From positions 22,816,001 to 22,880,000 of the forward strand of contig OZ059896.1 of the NCBI GenBank assembly GCA_964057225.1: 64,000 nucleotides of DNA, written 5' to 3'. The position numbers and the translations under genes are program-made. This document shows positions 55,001-64,000 of the stretch, in pieces (position 1 is the first letter of the stretch; each line of letters opens with the position of its first letter). The DNA is from Auanema rhodensis (taxonomy: Eukaryota; Animalia; Nematoda). A model generated the notes under the pieces. It did no database searches. It saw only the letters and a list, made by a program, of their open reading frames with translations, and was not told where the DNA came from.

Positions 55001-55764
55001 CCCCATGTCCATATTAGTCTAAAAACAAATTTTTATTAATATTGGTTCATGGTAACCATGACTTTGAAATTTACGTGAACTTTAATTTATGCTAATTAAA
55101 TCTACACGTGATGTGCACTTGGTATGTAACTCGCTTCACGTGAAAAATAAAGAGATGCGGTTTTCAAAATTAGATTCCCCATGTCCATATTAGTCTAAAA
55201 ACAAATTTTTATTAATATTGGTTCATGGTAACCATGACTTTGAAATTTACGTGAACTTTAATTTATGCTAATTAAATGTACACGTGATGTGCACTTGGTA
55301 TGTAACTCGCTTCACGTGAAAGATAAAGAGATGCGGTTTTCAAAATTAGATTCCCCATGTCCATATTAGTCTAAAAACAAATTTTTATTGATATTGGTTC
55401 ATGGTAACCATGACTTTGAAATTTACGTGAACTTTAATTTATGCTAATCAAATGTACACGTGATGTGCACTTGGTATGTAACTCGCTTCACGTGAAAGAT
55501 AAAGAGATGCGGTTTTCAAAATTAGATTCCCCATGTCCATATTAGTCTAAAAACAAATTTTTATTGATATTGGTTCATGGTAACCATGACTTTGAAATTT
55601 ACGTGAACTTTAATTTATGCTAATTAAATGTACACGTGATGTGCACTTGGTATGTAACTCGCTTCACGTGAAAGATAAAGAGATGCGGTTTTCAAAATTA
55701 GATTCCCCATGTCCATATTAGTCTAAAAACAAATTTTTATTAATATTGGTTCATGGTAACCATG

Positions 55765-56990
55765 TCTTTGAAATTTACGTGAACTTTAATTTATGCTAAT
55801 TAAATGTACACGTGATGTGCACTTGGTATGTAACTCGCTTGAAAGATAAAGAGATGCGGTTTTCAAAATTAGATTCCCCATGTCCATATTAGTCTAAAAA
55901 CAAATTTTTATTGATATTGGTTCATGGTAACCATGACTTTGAAATTTACGTGAACTTTAATTTATGCTAATTAAATGTACACGTGATGTGCACTTGGTAT
56001 GTAACTCGCTTCACGTGAAAGATAAAGAGATGCGGTTTTCAAAATTAGATTCCCCATGTCCATATTAGTCTAAAAACAAATTTTTATTGATATTGGTTCA
56101 TGGTAACCATGACTTTGAAATTTACGTGAACTTTAATTTATGCTAATTAAATGTACACGTGATGTGCACTTGGTATGTAACTCGCTTCACGTGAAAGATA
56201 AAGAGATGCGGTTTTCAAAATTAGATTCCCCATGTCCATATTAGTCTAAAAACAAATTTTTATTAATATTGGTTCATGGTAACCATGTCTTTGAAATTTA
56301 CGTGAACTTTAATTTATGCTAATTAAATGTACACGTGATGTGCACTTGGTATGTAACTCGCTTGAAAGATAAAGAGATGCGGTTTTCAAAATTAGATTCC
56401 CCATGTCCATATTAGTCTAAAAACAAATTTTTATTGATATTGGTTCATGGTAACCATGACTTTGAAATTTACGTGAACTTTAATTTATGCTAATTAAATG
56501 TACACGTGATGTGCACTTGGTATGTAACTCGCTTCACGTGAAAGATAAAGAGATGCGGTTTTCAAAATTAGATTCCCCATGTCCATATTAGTCTAAAAAC
56601 AAATTTTTATTGATATTGGTTCATGGTAACCATGACTTTGAAATTTACGTGAACTTTAATTTATGCTAATTAAATGTACACGTGATGTGCACTTGGTATG
56701 TAACTCGCTTCACGTGAAAGATAAAGAGATGCGGTTTTCAAAATTAGATTCCCCATGTCCATATTAGTCTAAAAACAAATTTTTATTAATATTGGTTCAT
56801 GGTAACCATGTCTTTGAAATTTACGTGAACTTTAATTTATGCTAATTAAAAGTACACGTGATGTGCACTTGGTATGTAACTCGCTTGAAAGATAAAGAGA
56901 TGCGGTTTTCAAAATTAGATTCCCCATGTCCATATTAGTCTAAAAACAAATTTTTATTAATATTGGTTCATGGTAACCATGACTTTGAAA
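55765..56990. repeat. 3-monomer local periodicity (523 bp) marked by the 171-bp deletion monomer
   Basis: CGCTTGAAAG deletion alleles at ~55840, ~56363 and ~56886, spaced 523 bp = 3x176-5. Confidence 0.8.
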
Positions 56991-59797
56991 TTTACGTGAA
57001 CTTTAATTTATGCTAATTAAATGTACACGTGATGTGCACTTGGTATGTAACTCGCTTCACGTGAAAGATAAAAAGATGCAGTTTTCAAAATTAGATTCCC
57101 CATGTCCATATTAGTCTAAAAACAAATTTTTATTGATATTGGTTCATGGTAACCATGTCTTTGAAATTTACGTGAACTTTAATTTATGCTAATTAAATCT
57201 ACACGTGATGTGCACTTGGTATGTAACTCGCTTCACGTGAAAAATAAAGAGATGCGGTTTTCAAAATTAGATTCCCCATGTCCATATTAGTCTAAAAACA
57301 AATTTTTATTAATATTGGTTCATGGTAACCATGACTTTGAAATTTACGTGAACTTTAATTTATGCTAATTAAATGTACACGTGATGTGCACTTGGTATGT
57401 AACTCGCTTCACGTGAAAGATAAAGAGATGTGGTTTTCAAAATTAGATTGCCCATGTCCATATTAGTCTAAAAACATATTTTTATTGATATTGGTTCATG
57501 GTAACCATGTCTTTGAAATTTACGTGAACTTTAATTTATGCTAATTAAATGTACACGTGATGTGCACTTGGTATGTAACTCGCTTCACGTGAAAGATAAA
57601 AAGATGCAGTTTTCAAAATTAGATTCCCCATGTCCATATTAGTCTAAAAACAAATTTTTATTGATATTGGTTCATGGTAACCATGTCTTTGAAATTTACG
57701 TGAACTTTAATTTATGCTAATTAAATCTACACGTGATGTGCACTTGGTATGTAACTCGCTTCACGTGAAAAATAAAGAGATGCGGTTTTCAAAATTAGAT
57801 TCCCCATGTCCATATTAGTCTAAAAACAAATTTTTATTAATATTGGTTCATGGTAACCATGACTTTGAAATTTACGTGAACTTTAATTTATGCTAATTAA
57901 ATCTACACGTGATGTGCACTTGGTATGTAACTCGCTTCACGTGAAAAATAAAGAGATGCGGTTTTCGAAATTAGATTCCCCATGTCCATATTAGTCTAAA
58001 AACAAATTTTTATTAATATTGGTTCATGGTAACCATGACTTTGAAATTTACGTGAACTTTAATTTATGCTAATTAAATGTACACGTGATGTGCACTTGGT
58101 ATGTAACTCGCTTCACGTGAAAGATAAAGAGATGCGGTTTTCAAAATTAGATTCCCCATGTCCATATTAGTCTAAAAACAAATTTTTATTAATATTGGTT
58201 CATGGTAACCATGACTTTGAAATTTACGTGAACTTTAATTTATGCTAATTAAATCTACACGTGATGTGCACTTGGTATGTAACTCGCTTCACGTGAAAGA
58301 TAAAGAGATGCGGTTTTTAAAATTAGATTCCCCATGTCCATATTAGTCTAAAAACAAATTTCTATTGATATTGGTTTATGGTAACCATATCTTTGAAATT
58401 TACGTGAACTTTAATTTATGCTAATTAAATGTACACGTGATGTGCACTTGGTATGTAACTCGCTTCACGTGAAAGATAAAGAGATGCGGTTTTCAAAATT
58501 AGATTCCCCATGTCCATATTAGTCTAAAAACAAATTTTTATTGATATTGGTTCATGGTAACCATGTCTTTGAAATTTACGTGAACTTTAATTTATGCTAA
58601 TTAAATGTACACGTGATGTGCACTTGGTATGTAACTCGCTTCACGTGAAAGATAAAAAGATGCAGTTTTCAAAATTAGATTCCCCACGTCCATATTAGTC
58701 TAAAAACAAATTTTTATTGATATTGGTTCATGGTAACCATGTCTTTGAAATTTACGTGAACTTTAATTTATGCTAATTAAATCTACACGTGATGTGCACT
58801 TGGTATGTAACTCGCTTCACGTGAAAAATAAAGAGATGCGGTTTTCAAAATTAGATTCCCCATGTCCATATTAGTCTAAAAACAAATTTTTATTAATATT
58901 GGTTCATGGTAACCATGACTTTGAAATTTACGTGAACTTTAATTTATGCTAATTAAATCTACACGTGATGTGCACTTGGTATGTAACTCGCTTCACGTGA
59001 AAAATAAAGAGATGCGGTTTTCAAAATTAGATTCCCCATGTCCATATTAGTCTAAAAACAAATTTTTATTAATATTGGTTCATGGTAACCATGACTTTGA
59101 AATTTACGTGAACTTTAATTTATGCAAATTAAATGTACACGTGATGTGCACTTGGTATGTAACTCGCTTCACGTGAAAGATAAAGAGATGTGGTTTTCAA
59201 AATTAGATTCCCCATGTCCATATTAGTCTAAAAACAAATTTTTATTAATATTGGTTCATGGTAACCATGACTTTGAAATTTACGTGAACTTTAATTTATG
59301 CTAATTAAATGTACACGTGATGTGCACTTGGTATGTAACTCGCTTCACGTGAAAGATAAAGAGATGCGGTTTTCAAAATTAGATTCCCCATGTCCATATT
59401 AGTCTAAAAACAAATTTTTATTGATATTGGTTCATGGTAACCATGACTTTGAAATTTACGTGAACTTTAATTTATGCTAATCAAATGTACACGTGATGTG
59501 CACTTGGTATGTAACTCGCTTCACGTGAAAGATAAAGAGATGCGGTTTTCAAAATTAGATTCCCCATGTCCATATTAGTCTAAAAACAAATTTTTATTGA
59601 TATTGGTTCATGGTAACCATGACTTTGAAATTTACGTGAACTTTAATTTATGCTAATTAAATGTACACGTGATGTGCACTTGGTATGTAACTCGCTTCAC
59701 GTGAAAGATAAAGAGATGCGGTTTTCAAAATTAGATTCCCCATGTCCATATTAGTCTAAAAACAAATTTTTATTAATATTGGTTCATGGTAACCATG

Positions 59798-62700
59798 TCT
59801 TTGAAATTTACGTGAACTTTAATTTATGCTAATTAAATGTACACGTGATGTGCACTTGGTATGTAACTCGCTTGAAAGATAAAGAGATGCGGTTTTCAAA
59901 ATTAGATTCCCCATGTCCATATTAGTCTAAAAACAAATTTTTATTGATATTGGTTCATGGTAACCATGACTTTGAAATTTACGTGAACTTTAATTTATGC
60001 TAATTAAATGTACACGTGATGTGCACTTGGTATGTAACTCGCTTCACGTGAAAGATAAAGAGATGCGGTTTTCAAAATTAGATTCCCCATGTCCATATTA
60101 GTCTAGAAACAAATTTTTATTAATATTGGTTCATGGTAACCATGTCTTTGAAATTTACGTGAACTTTAATTTATGCTAATTAAAAGTACACGTGATGTGC
60201 ACTTGGTATGTAACTCGCTTGAAAGATAAAGAGATGCGGTTTTCAAAATTAGATTCCCCATGTCCATATTAGTCTAAAAACAAATTTTTATTGATATTGG
60301 TTCATGGTAACCATGACTTTGAAATTTACGTGAATTTTAATTTATGCTAATTAAATGTACACGTGATGTGCACTTGGTATGTAACTCGCTTCACGTGAAA
60401 GATAATGAGATGCGGTTTTCAAAATTAGATTCCCCATGTCCATATTAGTCTAAAAACAAATTTTTATTGATATTGGTTCATGGTAACCATGACTTTGAAA
60501 TTTACGTGAACTTTAATTTATGCTAATTAAATGTACACGTGATGTGCACTTGGTATGTAACTCGCTTCACGTGAAAGATAAAGAGATGCGGTTTTCAAAA
60601 TTAGATTCCCCATGTCCATATTAGTCTAAAAACAAATTTTTATTGATATTGGTTCATGGTAACCATGACTTTGAAATTTACGTGAACTTTAATTTATGCT
60701 AATTGAATGTACACGTGATGTGCACTTGGTATGTAACTCGCTTCACGTGAAAGATAAAGAGATGCGGTTTTCAAAATTAGATTCCTCATGTCCATATTAG
60801 TCTAAAAACAAATTTTTATTAATATTGGTTCATGGTAACCATGTCTTTGAAATTTACGTGAACATTAATTTATGCTAATTAAATGTACACGTGATGTGCA
60901 CTTGGTATGTAACTCGCTTCACGTGAAAGATAAAGAGATGTGGTTTTCAAAATTAGATTCCCCATGTCCATATTAGTCTAAAAACAAATTTTTATTGATA
61001 TTAGTTCATGGTAACCATGACTTTGAAATTTACGTGAACTTTAATTTATGCTAATTAAATGTACACGTGATGTGCACTTGGTATGTAACTCGCTTCACGT
61101 GAAAGATAAAGAGATGCGGTTTTCAAAATTAGATTCCCCATGTCCATATTAGTCTAAAAACAAATTTTTATTAATATTGGTTCATGGTAACCATGTCTTT
61201 GAAATTTACGTGAACTTTAATTTATGCTAATTAAATGTACACGTGATGTGCACTTGGTATGTAACTCGCTTGAAAGATAAAGAGATGCGGTTTTCAAAAT
61301 TAGATTCCCCATGTCCATATTAGTCTAAAAACAAATTTTTATTGATATTGGTTCATGGTAACCATGACTTTGAAATTTACGTGAACTTTAATTTATGCTA
61401 ATTAAATGTACACGTGATGTGCACTTGGTATGTAACTCGCTTCACGTGAAAGATAAAGAGATGCGGTTTTCAAAATTAGATTCCCCATGTCCATATTAGT
61501 CTAGAAACAAATTTTTATTAATATTGGTTCATGGTAACCATGTCTTTGAAATTTACGTGAACTTTAATTTATGCTAATTAAAAGTACACGTGATGTGCAC
61601 TTGGTATGTAACTCGCTTGAAAGATAAAGAGATGCGGTTTTCAAAATTAGATTCCCCATGTCCATATTAGTCTAAAAACAAATTTTTATTGATATTGGTT
61701 CATGGTAACCATGACTTTGAAATTTACGTGAATTTTAATTTATGCTAATTAAATGTACACGTGATGTGCACTTGGTATGTAACTCGCTTCACGTGAAAGA
61801 TAATGAGATGCGGTTTTCAAAATTAGATTCCCCATGTCCATATTAGTCTAAAAACAAATTTTTATTGATATTGGTTCATGGTAACCATGACTTTGAAATT
61901 TACGTGAACTTTAATTTATGCTAATTAAATGTACACGTGATGTGCACTTGGTATGTAACTCGCTTCACGTGAAAGATAAAGAGATGCGGTTTTCAAAATT
62001 AGATTCCCCATGTCCATATTAGTCTAAAAACAAATTTTTATTGATATTGGTTCATGGTAACCATGACTTTGAAATTTACGTGAACTTTAATTTATGCTAA
62101 TTGAATGTACACGTGATGTGCACTTGGTATGTAACTCGCTTCACGTGAAAGATAAAGAGATGCGGTTTTCAAAATTAGATTCCTCATGTCCATATTAGTC
62201 TAAAAACAAATTTTTATTAATATTGGTTCATGGTAACCATGTCTTTGAAATTTACGTGAACATTAATTTATGCTAATTAAATGTACACGTGATGTGCACT
62301 TGGTATGTAACTCGCTTCACGTGAAAGATAAAGAGATGTGGTTTTCAAAATTAGATTCCCCATGTCCATATTAGTCTAAAAACAAATTTTTATTGATATT
62401 AGTTCATGGTAACCATGACTTTGAAATTTACGTGAACTTTAATTTATGCTAATTAAATGTACACGTGATGTGCACTTGGTATGTAACTCGCTTCACGTGA
62501 AAGATAAAGAGATGCGGTTTTCAAAATTAGATTCCCCATGTCCATATTAGTCTAAAAACAAATTTTTATTAATATTGGTTCATGGTAACCATGTCTTTGA
62601 AATTTACGTGAACTTTAATTTATGCTAATTAAATGTACACGTGATGTGCACTTGGTATGTAACTCGCTTGAAAGATAAAGAGATGCGGTTTTCAAAATTA

Positions 62701-63815
62701 GATTCCCCATGTCCATATTAGTCTAAAAACAAATTTTTATTGATATTGGTTCATGGTAACCATGACTTTGAAATTTACGTGAACTTTAATTTATGCTAAT
62801 TAAATGTACACGTGATGTGCACTTGGTATGTAACTCGCTTCACGTGAAAGATAAAGAGATGCGGTTTTCAAAATTAGATTCCCCATGTCCATATTAGTCT
62901 AGAAACAAATTTTTATTAATATTGGTTCATGGTAACCATGTCTTTGAAATTTACGTGAACTTTAATTTATGCTAATTAAAAGTACACGTGATGTGCACTT
63001 GGTATGTAACTCGCTTGAAAGATAAAGAGATGCGGTTTTCAAAATTAGATTCCCCATGTCCATATTAGTCTAAAAACAAATTTTTATTGATATTGGTTCA
63101 TGGTAACCATGACTTTGAAATTTACGTGAATTTTAATTTATGCTAATTAAATGTACACGTGATGTGCACTTGGTATGTAACTCGCTTCACGTGAAAGATA
63201 ATGAGATGCGGTTTTCAAAATTAGATTCCCCATGTCCATATTAGTCTAAAAACAAATTTTTATTGATATTGGTTCATGGTAACCATGACTTTGAAATTTA
63301 CGTGAACTTTAATTTATGCTAATTGAATGTACACGTGATGTGCACTTGGTATGTAACTCGCTTCACGTGAAAGATAAAGAGATGCGGTTTTCAAAAATTG
63401 ATTCCTCATGTCCATATTAGTCTAAAAACAAATTTTTATTAATATTGGTTCATGGTAACCATGTCTTTGAAATTTACGTGAACATTAATTTATGCTAATT
63501 AAATGTACACGTGATGTGCACTTGGTATGTAACTCGCTTCACGTGAAAGATAAAGAGATGTGGTTTTCAAAATTAGATTCCCCATGTCCATATTAGTCTA
63601 AAAACAAATTTTTATTGATATTAGTTCATGGTAACCATGACTTTGAAATTTACGTGAACTTTAATTTATGCTAATTAAATGTACACGTGATGTGCACTTG
63701 GTATGTAACTCGCTTCACGTGAAAGATAAAGAGATGCGGTTTTCAAAATTAGATTCCCCATGTCCATATTAGTCTAAAAACAAATTTTTATTGATATTGG
63801 TTCATGGTAACCATG
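59798..63815. repeat. 8-monomer higher-order repeat (1398 bp), three copies; the third copy lacks one monomer
   Basis: 5-bp deletions at ~59873/61271/62669 and ~60220/61618/63016; AAAAGTAC 60185/61583/62981; GATAATGAG 60406/61804/63202 (all +1398). ATTGAATG at 60705/62103/63325 steps +1398 then +1222. Confidence 0.93.
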
Positions 63816-64000
63816 ACTTTGAAATTTACGTGAACTTTAATTTATGCTAATTAAATGTACACGTGATGTGCACTTGGTATGTAACTCGCTTCACGTGAAA
63901 GATAAAGAGATGCGGTTTTCAAAATTAGATTCCCCATGTCCATATTAGTCTAAAAACAAATTTTTATTGATATTGGTTCATGGTAACCATGTCTTTGAAA

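Larger units (their letters stand above)
1..64000. repeat. 176-bp tandem satellite array, 364 full monomers, single orientation, probably (peri)centromeric
   Basis: ACTTTGAAAT/TCTTTGAAAT recurs every 176 bp (1, 177, ..., last start 63992). Monomers differ by only a few substitutions. The indel budget (14x5 bp + 3x1 bp) accounts exactly for the final phase. The centromeric role is inferred from unit length, AT content and homogeneity only. Confidence 0.99.

Noticed and set aside
1-64000. CRISPR array suggested by palindromic repeats and GAAA motifs
   Set aside because: No unique spacers; the full 176 bp repeats; no cas genes or leader.
1-64000. Transposon insertion or strand inversion within the array
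   Set aside because: No non-satellite sequence or orientation switch seen, and the length arithmetic leaves no room for an out-of-phase insertion.

Overview
The whole 64 kb window is one uninterrupted head-to-tail array of a 176-bp AT-rich satellite (about 32% GC by hand count). It looks like eukaryotic centromeric or pericentromeric satellite DNA, but I cannot name the family or organism. It holds 364 complete monomers plus 9 bp; 364x176 minus fourteen 5-bp deletions and three 1-bp deletions equals 63991, matching the observed end phase. I found no genes, RNA genes, transposons, inversions or CRISPR spacers, and the two listed ORFs are stop-codon point variants of the repeat. Consensus (phase = window position 1): ACTTTGAAATTTACGTGAACTTTAATTTATGCTAATTAAATGTACACGTGATGTGCACTTGGTATGTAACTCGCTTCACGTGAAAGATAAAGAGATGCGGTTTTCAAAATTAGATTCCCCATGTCCATATTAGTCTAAAAACAAATTTTTATTGATATTGGTTCATGGTAACCATG. 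Three signals stand out. (1) The monomer has a hidden dyad symmetry with two axes exactly half a monomer apart (55.5 and 143.5). (2) A common monomer haplotype carries paired substitutions that preserve inverted-repeat pairing. (3) Diagnostic variants reveal nested local higher-order repeats (3-, 4-, 6-, 8- and 29-mers) and long-range block copies.
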